A stretch of 42,442 nucleotides of DNA from an uncultured Nitrososphaerota archaeon (GCA_964408285.1 CAYOYV010000015.1:1-42442); one strand, 5' to 3'. Positions 31,478 through 41,179 are shown, counted from the first letter of the stretch. The notes: a model not told the origin generated them from the letters alone. Translations and numbers: made by a program.

Positions 31478-31498
31478 CGACATGAGGTCACTTGACAA

Positions 31499-31807
31499 AT
31501 GCCACAGAAAGCAAGGATCAAAATCTCAAGCCAGAATCTTGACAGCATTAAGGCGTTAGAGAAGAGTATCCTCGATCTCGTCAAGGAGTCGAACGTCAGC
31601 TATTCAGGTCCGATCCCACTACCGACAAGAACACTAAAGGTGACAACGATGAAGAATCCGAGCGGCGAAGGCACGGTGACTTGGGACAAATTCGAAATGA
31701 GAATACACAGAAGGGTCTTCTATCTCGACGCGAACGAGAAGGCACTGCGGATGTTGCTCAGGGTCAAACTGCCTGAAGACGCGAAGGTCTCACTGGATCT
31801 ATTCTAG
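31499..31807 (+). CDS. rps10: 30S ribosomal protein uS10
   Basis: SGPIPLPT, PSGEG..TWDKFEMRIHRR. Confidence 0.97.
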   Translation: MPQKARIKISSQNLDSIKALEKSILDLVKESNVSYSGPIPLPTRTLKVTTMKNPSGEGTVTWDKFEMRIHRRVFYLDANEKALRMLLRVKLPEDAKVSLDLF

Positions 31808-31886
31808 AAATCGGGAAATCCTAAGAGAACTCTCGATTTGATGCCGAACGCTTATATTGGCTGCTAAGAATAATTAGTCTGACCTC

Positions 31887-33185
31887 ATGACAGACGCTTC
31901 GTTATTGCGGGTCATATTCCCTATTGGCGGCGAAGCGAAGAGATTTCAGCCTCTTGCCGCAACGATCTCGAAGTCATGCGTAAGAATGCTAAATCGACCC
32001 ATGATAGAATTCTCAATGGAAAGCCTTTCCCGCCAAGGGGTCAGGAATTTCATATTCGGCGTCAAGGGATATTTGAACTACAGGTCTCTCTTTGATTACT
32101 TCAAAGAAGGCGTCGGCTTTTCAGTTAGACATAATCTACAACCAAGAGCTCACGTAAAGTACCAGCCCAACATAGAGGATGTTGGCAGCGCCGACTCTGT
32201 GAGAATAAACCTAGACTACTACGATATCAAAGATGCCATTTTCGTCGTTCAAGGTGACAATATCTTCGACATAGATTTGGCTAGCGTCCTGAAATTTCAT
32301 GAAGAAAAGGACGCGCTCATGACAATTGGCCTAGCCCCCGTCGACAGAACTGAGGAGTATGGGGTCGCTGATATTGATTCAGATTTTCGGGTGAAACGCT
32401 TCGTTGAAAAACCTCCAACTGACAAAGCACCAACCAAATTGGCGAACACAGGGCTATATCTGATTTCCCCAAAAATACGGGAGGTCTATGATGAACCCAA
32501 AGTCAGGGAAATGATAAGGAGAGGGCGTTTGGATTTCGGAATGGATATGATACCATATCTGGTGGAGCAACAATATCCAGTGTGTGGATATCCGATGAGT
32601 GGAACGTGGTTCGACGTGGGCACCCCTGAAAGATATCTGGATGCAATGGTCAAGATCCTTCACGGGCAACTTAGAACGATCTCGGAATTCGAAGGAAGGA
32701 TAGACCAAACCAAAAACATATTCCTTCAGGGAACCAGTATTGAGGCACTCGCAAGGAAGAAGGAACTGACCGAAAGATTGAGGCAGAAAGCCATCAACTT
32801 TGACGGCGCCGTTTTGGTTGGTAGACACACGAGCGTGGGATTGGGCTCAAGGTTGATTGACGCAAACGTGGACAATTTTGTCATACTTGGGGAAGGCGTG
32901 CATGTAGAGCGATCCGCTATATTGGACAGGGCATACGTTGGTGATGGAGCCTTCATCCAAGATAGCATAATCTCCAGGCACTCGTACGTCAACTCGTCAA
33001 AGACTGAACCCAGTAGACTAACGGCGAATTCCATAGTAGGTGACGATGTAAGGGTAGGAGAAGGATGTCATTTGGTATCGACAAAGATATGGCCCGGTCT
33101 AGAGATTCCACCAAGATCTGAGCTATTCAGAAGCGAGATACGCAACAAAACCCAACTCGAAGAAGCCCTTAGGTCCAAAAAGTGA
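31887..33185 (+). CDS. Sugar-phosphate nucleotidyltransferase (NDP-sugar synthase) with C-terminal hexapeptide repeats
   Basis: PIGGEAKRFQPL, QGDN, YGVA, FVEKP, WFDVGTPERY. Confidence 0.9.
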   Translation: MTDASLLRVIFPIGGEAKRFQPLAATISKSCVRMLNRPMIEFSMESLSRQGVRNFIFGVKGYLNYRSLFDYFKEGVGFSVRHNLQPRAHVKYQPNIEDVGSADSVRINLDYYDIKDAIFVVQGDNIFDIDLASVLKFHEEKDALMTIGLAPVDRTEEYGVADIDSDFRVKRFVEKPPTDKAPTKLANTGLYLISPKIREVYDEPKVREMIRRGRLDFGMDMIPYLVEQQYPVCGYPMSGTWFDVGTPERYLDAMVKILHGQLRTISEFEGRIDQTKNIFLQGTSIEALARKKELTERLRQKAINFDGAVLVGRHTSVGLGSRLIDANVDNFVILGEGVHVERSAILDRAYVGDGAFIQDSIISRHSYVNSSKTEPSRLTANSIVGDDVRVGEGCHLVSTKIWPGLEIPPRSELFRSEIRNKTQLEEALRSKK

Positions 33186-33221
33186 GGAAAACTTTATTTT
33201 GATTCCCTCCAGCGACGAGCG

Positions 33222-34796
33222 ATGATCCGTTGGGTTGCCGGCCTAGTGATCTCGTTGCTGGTATTGTTGCCGTTCGTATCGCCTGTTTACGGGGAGCCGC
33301 AACCCAGCCTAAGCTATGACATGCTAATAGATACCGAGGGCATAGGCTTGATAACGATCAGTTTCATTGATCCCCGTCAATCTGGAATCAGAAACTTCTG
33401 GCTCCTTCTACCGAAGGACCTAGATTTCGCCAAGAGCTCGTGGAGCGGGAGATTTCTGAACAAATCAAAGCCAATTGAAGGGTCCCAAGTTGGCACAAGC
33501 TACGTATTCTACGATAACGTAACGATTTGGTATGAATCTCCGTTCTCTATCGATTTCAAATGGAATATGTCATATGCGGCGCTGATCTTCGAACCCGATG
33601 CACTTACATTTTCTCCTGCTATAGACTTCTCGCCAGCGCTGCAACCCACCTTCACGATTCATCTCCCGAACTCGACTACCAGGGTCACCGAGTTCTCCCT
33701 AAGTCCAATCCAAAGGAGGGGCCTCAACTACACGTTTAGGGCCACGCAAGATTCGAGGATCGCGGTGGCTTTTCAGGTCAAAGGGACGCCGAGCATGGTC
33801 GTTCTCAATTCCTCCCGTTTCTCCTTGAAATCTCCGGCCAGATACACAACGCTCGGCAAGAGGATAGTCTCCTTCTACGAAAACGTAACTCCTTCCCTAG
33901 ACAGCATTTTTAGAACCAGCTTATCTGGCATCAAGGTCGAATTTTTCGTCCCCAAGACGCTGGATGAAATCTCTGTAGGTGGATTTGTTCCAATAGGTTC
34001 TGCCCACAGGCTTGGAAGCGTTTTCCTCAATCTCTTCTGGGTCAGAACGAAAGAGGGCTATTTCGAATCGATAGCAGCCCATGAGCTTGTCCACCACTAT
34101 CTCTTTTCCGCAGGGGTCTCGACTAATCTGCTTTGGTTCCACGAGGGACTGGCAAATTACGTTGGCATAGGCGTCTCAAGATCAGCGGGCCAAGGAGGCG
34201 TCTCAACGGGGGAGGATCTGGTGAATGAGGCAAGGAGTATCGCAAAACAAGGGCTCACCTTCGTATACCGCTGGAGGCCTGACTACGAGGTTCCAGGGTA
34301 CACGACCTTTCAGCATTATGCAGCATCCTACTACATAGTGGCCAACATATCCCAAACCCTAGCCTCTCCCAAGGATGAGGTTATTCCTGGTCAAATATTC
34401 CTGTCCTCGCTCTTCGATAATCTCAGAAAATCAGGTTCTAGGTTGGATACTACGGATCGGCTAGCGACACTGGCCTTCATTTCTGCGAATATGTCTGCAC
34501 TATCATACCGTGCTCTCAGCCCTTTTGGATTAAGGGTCGACCCATTCAGAATGCATTATGCAAACATAACGGCAAACGGCATAACCCCGGCCTCATTCTC
34601 CGAGCTAGTGATAGCTCCCTTGATTGCGCCTTCGATATATGCGGCATATAACCAGACTGTATTCGTTGATCCAGCGAGGGCAGAAATGATAATCTGGGAG
34701 GCCTTCAGATTGGTCAATGGTTTGTGGACTTCATTCATCTTCTTTCTTTTCCTGCTGACCCTCGGTGTATTGATTCGTAGACTGGAATCCCTTTGA
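33222..34796 (+). CDS. Secreted, membrane-anchored gluzincin (clan MA) metallopeptidase-like protein
   Basis: Signal peptide; AHELVHH..WFHEGLANY (HExxH..E); C-terminal transmembrane helix; many N-x-S/T sequons. Confidence 0.8.
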   Translation: MIRWVAGLVISLLVLLPFVSPVYGEPQPSLSYDMLIDTEGIGLITISFIDPRQSGIRNFWLLLPKDLDFAKSSWSGRFLNKSKPIEGSQVGTSYVFYDNVTIWYESPFSIDFKWNMSYAALIFEPDALTFSPAIDFSPALQPTFTIHLPNSTTRVTEFSLSPIQRRGLNYTFRATQDSRIAVAFQVKGTPSMVVLNSSRFSLKSPARYTTLGKRIVSFYENVTPSLDSIFRTSLSGIKVEFFVPKTLDEISVGGFVPIGSAHRLGSVFLNLFWVRTKEGYFESIAAHELVHHYLFSAGVSTNLLWFHEGLANYVGIGVSRSAGQGGVSTGEDLVNEARSIAKQGLTFVYRWRPDYEVPGYTTFQHYAASYYIVANISQTLASPKDEVIPGQIFLSSLFDNLRKSGSRLDTTDRLATLAFISANMSALSYRALSPFGLRVDPFRMHYANITANGITPASFSELVIAPLIAPSIYAAYNQTVFVDPARAEMIIWEAFRLVNGLWTSFIFFLFLLTLGVLIRRLESL

Positions 34797-34832
34797 CCGA
34801 ACGTCAAACTAGGCACGCTGTTGAGGATCGTC

Positions 34833-36284
34833 TCAACCCTTGACTACTCCAATCGGAACTAGACGCACCACTTTCCTTGCCAGTCCTACTTTGTCAGATA
34901 CATCAGCTACCGCATCAACCGACTTGTACGCATCTGGAGCCTCCTCAGCCACGACTCCCATGTCGGCCGCCATTAGGATTATGCCTCGCGTTTGAAGTTC
35001 GCTTTTCACCTCAGAGCCCCTATGCTTCCTAAGGGCTGCAGCTCTACTGAGAAACCTCCCAGCCCCGTGCGCCGTAGAGCCGAAACTCAGTTCCATAGAT
35101 GATTCGGTTCCTTTGAGGACCCAACTTGATGTTCCCATAGAGCCAGGTATGAGAACAGGCTGGCCACTTTCCCGGTATTTCTTAGGCACCATATCACTTC
35201 CGGGAGGGAATGCCCTCGTAGCGCCCTTCCTGTGAACCACGAGCTTCAATCTCTTCCCATCGACGGAATGCTCCTCAATCTTTGCAATATTGTGCGCGAC
35301 ATCGTACACGGGCCTCAAGCCCAGCTTATCCGGGCTTACTCCAAAGACCGAGCCGAAGGATTCCCTGACCCAATGAGTTATCATTTGCCTGTTCAAAAAT
35401 GCGTAATTGACCGCCGAAGCCATAGCTGCAAGGTAGTCTCGGGCCTCAGGTGTTCCGATCGGTACCGCCGCAAGTTCCCTATCCGGCAGAGAAATATGGT
35501 ATTTCTCAGATCCCCTCTCCATCGCTCTGAGGTAGTCACTGCAGACCTGATGCCCATATCCCCTGCTCCCAGTGTGAACGAAGACAACCGCTTGGCCGTG
35601 ATGCGTCAAGCCATAGGCTTCTGCAGTTTTCTGATCGAAGATGCTATCAACTACATCTATCTCCAAGAAATGGTTTCCGCTTCCCAGCGAACCCAGTTGC
35701 GGCTTGCCTCGGCTTCGGGCCCTCTCGCTGACCTTGCTGCTGTCAGCATCAGGCATTCTTCCGTTTTCCTCGATGTACTCCTTATCCTCATCCCAACCGT
35801 AGCCCCTCTTTATGGCCCAGTCTACTCCCTCCTCAACGGCTCTGTTCAATTCATCAACGGTGAGCCTAACTTTTCCCTCAGAGCCAAGACCTGACGGCAC
35901 ATTTGTGAAAAAAGCCTTCAGCAAATCCGTGAGCTTAGGTCTCAAGTCCTTTTCATCAAGGTTTGTGGTGAGCAGACGTACTCCACAGTTGATGTCGTAG
36001 CCAACGCCTCCCGGTGACACAACACCCCCATCATATGCGGTTCCAGCTACTCCGCCGATGGGGAAACCATACCCTTCATGCCCATCAGGGAGCGTGATGG
36101 AGTATCTTTGTATGCCAGGCAGGAACGAGACATTTGCCGCTTGCTCCAATGTCTTGTCCTCCTTCATTTTCTGCAGGAGATTCTCATCCGCGTATATTCT
36201 GGCGTTTACCCTCATGCCGCTCCTGTAAGTCCTCGGGATCTCCCAGATGTAATCACTCACTTTATTCAGATTACCTCTGAACAT
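34833..36284 (-). CDS. rtcB: tRNA-splicing ligase RtcB
   Basis: PDGHEGYGFPIGG, GYDINCGVR, GSLGSGNHFLE, HRKGAT, PGSMG, HGAGR, EEAPDAYK. Confidence 0.98.
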   Translation of the reverse strand: MFRGNLNKVSDYIWEIPRTYRSGMRVNARIYADENLLQKMKEDKTLEQAANVSFLPGIQRYSITLPDGHEGYGFPIGGVAGTAYDGGVVSPGGVGYDINCGVRLLTTNLDEKDLRPKLTDLLKAFFTNVPSGLGSEGKVRLTVDELNRAVEEGVDWAIKRGYGWDEDKEYIEENGRMPDADSSKVSERARSRGKPQLGSLGSGNHFLEIDVVDSIFDQKTAEAYGLTHHGQAVVFVHTGSRGYGHQVCSDYLRAMERGSEKYHISLPDRELAAVPIGTPEARDYLAAMASAVNYAFLNRQMITHWVRESFGSVFGVSPDKLGLRPVYDVAHNIAKIEEHSVDGKRLKLVVHRKGATRAFPPGSDMVPKKYRESGQPVLIPGSMGTSSWVLKGTESSMELSFGSTAHGAGRFLSRAAALRKHRGSEVKSELQTRGIILMAADMGVVAEEAPDAYKSVDAVADVSDKVGLARKVVRLVPIGVVKG

Positions 36285-36359
36285 CGCTTGTCTGCCTAAT
36301 CGTTCCGAATTTTCGATTTAAGCGTTTTTGGTGTCTCAGACCAAAAACTATTATAAGTT

Positions 36360-36377
36360 TTGGTGGTTTCATACCAA
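36360..36377 (+). promoter_or_regulatory. Palindrome TTGGT-N8-ACCAA between TATA box and start of the HTH gene (possible auto-operator)
   Basis: Inverted repeat just downstream of TTATAAG (36351) and 5 nt before ATG 36383. Confidence 0.4.
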
Positions 36378-36382
36378 TATAG

Positions 36383-36805
36383 ATGAAGGTGACAGTAAGC
36401 AGGTACCTTACGAGGGATGAAGCCCTAAGAAGAATTCGGGAGTTCAGGGGCGGCGGCAGCCGGAGGCTTGGCTCAGGGGATATGGACAAGGCCACTTCAA
36501 TGCTAGACACGATCAAGGCTTACGAGGAGGGAGAAGGAGCAGAAATCCTGACCGATGAAAGACTGCCCTCTATGGAGCTACTAAGGAAGACCCTTACCCC
36601 AAAGCGCTTGAACCTACTCGATCACGTCAGCCGGGGTGTTGACTCAGTGACCGAACTGGCCAGAAGGGCGGGCTCAAGAGACATCAAGAACGTTCACAGT
36701 GACCTACAGATTCTGAGAAAAGCTGGTTTCATAACGCTCGAGAAGAGCGGAAAGAAGGTTGTGCCAAAACTCCTTGTCGCTAGCATAAGAATAGAGTTCC
36801 GTTAG
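36383..36805 (+). CDS. Winged-helix DNA-binding protein (HVO_A0114-like)
   Basis: LTPKRLNLL..SVTELARR..RDIKNVHSDL..L..AGFI. Confidence 0.8.
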   Translation: MKVTVSRYLTRDEALRRIREFRGGGSRRLGSGDMDKATSMLDTIKAYEEGEGAEILTDERLPSMELLRKTLTPKRLNLLDHVSRGVDSVTELARRAGSRDIKNVHSDLQILRKAGFITLEKSGKKVVPKLLVASIRIEFR

Positions 36806-36995
36806 AACATCGACGCTCGGACAACATCCATGCCGCCGGGTACGTAGATCAGTAAACGTCATAGCAGCACCAAATCGCACGAATGAGATTGGTTGATCCA
36901 AGAAGGCGGGGCCGGAAACGCTAGGTAATATCAACCTGTAGCGACAAAAGGAGACTTGGAACATACGTGTCATAGTCCAGCCCTGCGTCGATGTT
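36806..36995. repeat. 190-bp segment bounded by 11-bp perfect inverted repeats
   Basis: AACATCGACGC (36806-36816) and GCGTCGATGTT (36985-36995). Confidence 0.6.
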
Positions 36996-37071
36996 ATTTC
37001 TTGTAATCCTCATGTTCATATGCGAACGAAAGTAACTACGAGCCTTCGCCTTCGATTATGTAGGGTTCGGG

Positions 37072-37317
37072 TTAGACTTCGTTGGCCGCTATGCCTGTTA
37101 GCGTCTCAGCCATGTAGCCAGTTGTGAAGGCTACCTGCATCACGAAATTCATTGCAGTCTTGACATCTGGCGATTCGAATACGATTACCGCATCATATCT
37201 TCCGAATGTGAAGACCATATCATGGATCTTAATTCCCTTGGGTGGTTTCAGAGTCTTCAGGTATTTGACGGCCTCCTCTCCCTTTCCCTTTGGTTGAAGT
37301 AGGGTTACAAAGAGCAT
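37072..37317 (-). CDS. GYD-domain protein
   Basis: TFGRYDAVIVFESPD..A, terminal ETL. Confidence 0.85.
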   Translation of the reverse strand: MLFVTLLQPKGKGEEAVKYLKTLKPPKGIKIHDMVFTFGRYDAVIVFESPDVKTAMNFVMQVAFTTGYMAETLTGIAANEV

Positions 37318-37505
37318 GCCTCATGTGTGATTATGAAAGTAATTAAGCTTTCACGCTTATCTGAGCGGAAAACCTCGGGAGTTGATTCTGCGTAGGATTT
37401 CCGTTATCTGTGGACTAATGCGTATTATGTTCGACATGCTATTAGCGGGAAAGTGTAATATATTGCCTGTTTGCCAAGGGTGCATAGCGACTAGAGAGGG
37501 TTGAA

Positions 37506-37721
37506 ATGTCTGAAGAATTTCCATTCTCGGCAATGCATAGATTGCTTAGAAGGGCAGGAGCTGAAAGAGTAGGAGAGGATGCGGCCACAGAGCTATCGAA
37601 AGTTCTGGACAGTATCGGCTTCAAGATATCAAAACAAGCAGTCGAATTAGCGGCCCATGCTGGAAGGAAGACGGTCAAGGCAGCGGATATCCAGATAGCC
37701 GCGAAGCCATATCTTGAATAG
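37506..37721 (+). CDS. Archaeal histone (HMf family)
   Basis: FPFSAMHRLLRRAGAERVGEDA..A.HAGRKTVKAADI. Confidence 0.96.
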   Translation: MSEEFPFSAMHRLLRRAGAERVGEDAATELSKVLDSIGFKISKQAVELAAHAGRKTVKAADIQIAAKPYLE

Positions 37722-37722
37722 A

Positions 37723-38163
37723 CTAGATATCAAGCAGTACGGTAATCGTAGTCCTGTTTCTGCTGATCTTCACGGTCAGATCGTGATAGGTTACTCCTTT
37801 TATATGAATCCCAGGCCTATGTCTCCTAGGGTCGAATTTCTCTCCTTTCAATATCCCAGTAAGAAGGTAGGTAGTGTGATCTCTTCGGATCTTGCCATTG
37901 AACCGCTTGAACAGAAAGCCCTCACTATCAAATAGGAAGATGAACTCCTCTAGCCACAGATAGATCAATTCCTGCAGATGTTTCGCCTTTATCTTGACAC
38001 TCCTGCTTTGAGATTGTCGGATGACCTCAGGATTTCTAACCAGCACCGCCGTCAGCCCCCTAGCGCAGCTAACGAGAGCTTGTTTGAGATCATTACCGTG
38101 TCCTCTCACATATATGTCTGATATGTGCTCGAGAAACTCAAAGCCCCGCAAGTTGTTTCGCAT
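37723..38163 (-). CDS. Archease (RtcB cofactor)
   Basis: FEFLEHISD, LIYLWLEEFIFL, GEKFD, IKGVTYH, terminal LDI. Confidence 0.95.
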   Translation of the reverse strand: MRNNLRGFEFLEHISDIYVRGHGNDLKQALVSCARGLTAVLVRNPEVIRQSQSRSVKIKAKHLQELIYLWLEEFIFLFDSEGFLFKRFNGKIRRDHTTYLLTGILKGEKFDPRRHRPGIHIKGVTYHDLTVKISRNRTTITVLLDI

Positions 38164-38279
38164 ATGATCGGTAAGGCATCGTTTATTGCTTTTGTCCGAA
38201 GTGGCCAAGAGGTAGAGTTAGGGAACAAAGGGGCGTTTCATGGCTCTCCTAATTGCATGGACCTTCTATTGGGATTAGG

Positions 38280-38376
38280 CGCCCGGAAGGAGATTCGAAC
38301 TCCTACGGCCCGCAAGGGGCCACAGGCTTTCTCAAGGCTCAAGGCCTGCGCAATAACCAGGTTCTGCCATCCGGGC
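38280..38376 (-). tRNA. tRNA-Ser(UGA) with a 9-nt insertion/intron at 37/38 (38329-38337)
   Basis: GCCCGGA/TCCGGGC-G acceptor; long variable arm GGCCC/GGGCC; CAGGC-CTTGAG|CCTTGAGAA|A-GCCTG. Confidence 0.88.
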
Positions 38377-38540
38377 ATTTTGGACTTTCCGTAAAGAGCT
38401 ATTAAGCCTTAGTGTTCGACTCAAAGAGGTCAACGTCACGGCATCTTTATTCTTCCGTTGTTTGTGGTAATGCAGAAGTTCTCGGGGTCCTATCCTCGCG
38501 AAGCTTTTTATGGGGTTCTCAAGTTCAACCATCATAGCAT

Positions 38541-38933
38541 ATGGAAGAGGATCGTGAACTTGACAGGATAAAACGCGCTAAGTTACAACGGTACCTCGAC
38601 AGATTGAACAAGCCAGAGCCTCCCAAGAAGTCAGAAAGTCAGGAAGAGGATACTGAACGGGTCGTTTCTCGCTATCTTGATGCCAGAGCTGTGGACGTGA
38701 TGCGGGCTGCCGAATCACAGTTCCCTATTGAAACGAAGACTATCAAACAAGGACTGCACAAGATGATAAAGGATGGCAAGCTGGAATATGTGATAGATGG
38801 TGGGACCCTTCTGCTGCTGTTCAGAAGCTTGGGTCTCAATCTCCATGTCAAGACCGAGGTGAAGTTCGTGGAACACGGAAAAGCAAAGAGCCTAGCGGAA
38901 AAATTGTCCGAAGATTTTGAAGCCAAGGAGTAA
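38541..38933 (+). CDS. PDCD5-related dsDNA-binding domain protein (second paralog)
   Basis: EDRELDRIKRAKL N-terminus; LDARAVDV..A..QFP; IDGGTLL.LFRSLGL. Confidence 0.7.
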   Translation: MEEDRELDRIKRAKLQRYLDRLNKPEPPKKSESQEEDTERVVSRYLDARAVDVMRAAESQFPIETKTIKQGLHKMIKDGKLEYVIDGGTLLLLFRSLGLNLHVKTEVKFVEHGKAKSLAEKLSEDFEAKE

Positions 38934-39025
38934 TAATGGCTTTAGCAAGGATCTCGGAAACTGACCATATCACGAATGTTATTCCCGATATGCTTTTGTA
39001 TAAAGATCCACTTAACTTTGTCTCA

Positions 39026-39391
39026 ATGACACAGAGGGAGGAGGGAAGCTATTTCTGTCATATAATAATCCCATCTAGAAATCTAACGACATCACGGATT
39101 TTCTTTGAAAGAGTGTTCGGATGGAAAGTAGAGGCGGCACCAGGGACGAATTCGCTGGATGTCCTGCCTCCCTCAGGAAAAGGAATAAGTGCAGAACTGA
39201 ATCCTGAAGAAGAAACCATAGTCCCATCCATTTACACGACTGACATAGAAGGAAAGCTTGAGCTTATCGAGGAATCGGGAGGAAGGAAACTAAGAGGCAA
39301 ATCTCGGATTGACGATAAGGGTGAACAAGGCTATTACGCGCTTTTTCTGGATCCTGAGGGGAACAAGATGTGCCTCTACTCTGACAAATGA
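39026..39391 (+). CDS. VOC/glyoxalase family protein
   Basis: FCHIIIP..FFERVFGW, GG.K, YYALFLDPEGN; start placed at ATG 39026. Confidence 0.88.
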   Translation: MTQREEGSYFCHIIIPSRNLTTSRIFFERVFGWKVEAAPGTNSLDVLPPSGKGISAELNPEEETIVPSIYTTDIEGKLELIEESGGRKLRGKSRIDDKGEQGYYALFLDPEGNKMCLYSDK

Positions 39392-39649
39392 TGGCACGCG
39401 TATCCTCTCCTTGTCCTTCGTAATAACGGCAGCGATATTCCTGATGACAGACGGACATATTCTTGGAGAGAATGCCACAGGCATAGCAACCACCTAGGAG
39501 GGGTAGAAATCAGTCTGGTGCGCATCTTCAATCCAACCAGGTTGTGCAAAGCCAAGAAATCCTCAGAGCAAACTTGAAGCCGCCATTGTTAATAGTGAAA
39601 AGGCAAGAGTTCGAATCAACTCACGCGTTGTGAACTTGGGGACTATCCG

Positions 39650-40642
39650 TTAGCGCATGAGTCGTGTGTAGACGATATCGCCTAACTTCGTTAATTGTCC
39701 TTGCTTCAACAGGCCCAAACCTTCGAATTGTGAAATAAACTCTTCTCCCTCTTCAATACTCTCTCCTGCAGCAATTTTCCTGAAAGCATGGGTGGCCTTG
39801 GGCCTCTGTGTGACCCAATTGAAGAGCTCTTCTGCCAGCTTCGTGCGATTGTGGGCTCTCTCCCAATAATACTGGAACAAATCCTGACACCATTTATGGG
39901 CTCTTTCGTCTTTCGCCGTGAATCCCAAGTAGTCAAATCTAGAATCGAGCATGGGGAAGGCGACTGCGCCAATTTCCTTCTCGGACGTGTACATGCATAC
40001 CTTAAGCTCATCGAGTACCCTTTCCTCTAGGAGGCCCTTGATCCTCGCCCGGTCTGCGGCCTCCAGATCCTCGGTACGGTAGCCCCGTTTTATAATGGGA
40101 GGAACGACCCAGTATTTCGTTTCTATGTGTCTCACCCTTACCCCTCGTTCGAGAGCTTTTGTTGTTAAGGGATACCAACCGTCATGATATTGATCCGTGA
40201 TCACGCAAATAAATTCCTCCGCCTCGCTGAACACCCTGTCAACGTTGTAGAAAGCTGCCATGACACTGCCGACATATTGGGAATCTACCAGATCTCCAAT
40301 CCTGGCTACGAACTCTGTAGGCAAATCGACTATGGAGTGGGAGACGAAATATTCCCTGTTCTGAGAGGTATATCGCAACCCGTCTAGCTGCTTCAGTGTT
40401 GTCTTTCCGTAAAGAGTCAGATGATAGAAGCCCTGCGCATCCTTCTCGGCCAGCTTCGTTCTGACCAATCTGGAAAGATGCCTGCCGCACTCTTGGATGC
40501 TGAGATCCAGCTCCTTTGATAGGCCCGTGAGGTTCGCGGCCTTCTTGTCCATCACATATAGGATTCTGAGTCGATCCTCGTTTGAAAGCTCGAAAAACGT
40601 ATTGCCGAGGCTCTCCAATGCAAACACCGGATACTGATCCAT
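39650..40642 (-). CDS. ArsR-like winged-helix regulator with DUF1724-type C-terminal domain
   Basis: FFELSNEDRLRIL, RHLSRL, Y.LT.YG, AFP.LD.RFDY.GF, WC.DLF.YYW. Confidence 0.85.
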   Translation of the reverse strand: MDQYPVFALESLGNTFFELSNEDRLRILYVMDKKAANLTGLSKELDLSIQECGRHLSRLVRTKLAEKDAQGFYHLTLYGKTTLKQLDGLRYTSQNREYFVSHSIVDLPTEFVARIGDLVDSQYVGSVMAAFYNVDRVFSEAEEFICVITDQYHDGWYPLTTKALERGVRVRHIETKYWVVPPIIKRGYRTEDLEAADRARIKGLLEERVLDELKVCMYTSEKEIGAVAFPMLDSRFDYLGFTAKDERAHKWCQDLFQYYWERAHNRTKLAEELFNWVTQRPKATHAFRKIAAGESIEEGEEFISQFEGLGLLKQGQLTKLGDIVYTRLMR

Positions 40643-40929
40643 CCTAAGCCCTCTAAATCAATATTAAAGTTTCCTGATTGCACTTGCGGACGTCTTTTAT
40701 ACGATTTCCAGACGGGGTTATGCCAAGGCGATGTATGATACGAGAGCGGGAAAAAAGAGGAAGGGCGCGAGTCAAGCAACAGAGATGCTTGCTGCCAGCT
40801 GGGGCGTGCCATCCCTCAACCAGCGCGGGCGCGATAACCAGTTGCTTGTGACACAATTCCAGATGTTCGTTTCTGCCGTCTCTTCTCTGCGTAATTAGAT
40901 TCAGGAACTCTTATCACCCACTGTTGAGG

Positions 40930-41175
40930 ATGAACGGCGAAGAAATGAAGCATGCATTCAGCGTAGAGTTGAATTCCAAGGAATATTTGAGGGAAGTGTC
41001 GATCTCAAATGCGGCTCCTGATCACGTCCTCCTCGAGGGATTCCTAGGTGAACTGGAAGAACTCTCCCTTGTCGAGGGCGAACTGATGGAAGTCAAGGGA
41101 GTAAATGGTGTGCTCAGAATCGACCTGAACGAGGACGAGCTGTCTAGAATTCTTCGGAAGAAGGAGGCTGACTAA
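40930..41175 (+). CDS. Conserved hypothetical small protein
   Basis: HAFSVELNSK..VLLEGFLGEL..GVNGVLRIDL; 4 nt upstream of the ABC ATPase. Confidence 0.75.
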   Translation: MNGEEMKHAFSVELNSKEYLREVSISNAAPDHVLLEGFLGELEELSLVEGELMEVKGVNGVLRIDLNEDELSRILRKKEAD

Positions 41176-41179
41176 CACG

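Noticed and set aside
39391-39497. Short hydrophobic frame after the VOC gene
   Set aside because: Possibly a gene fragment, but too short and without its own start to support a call.
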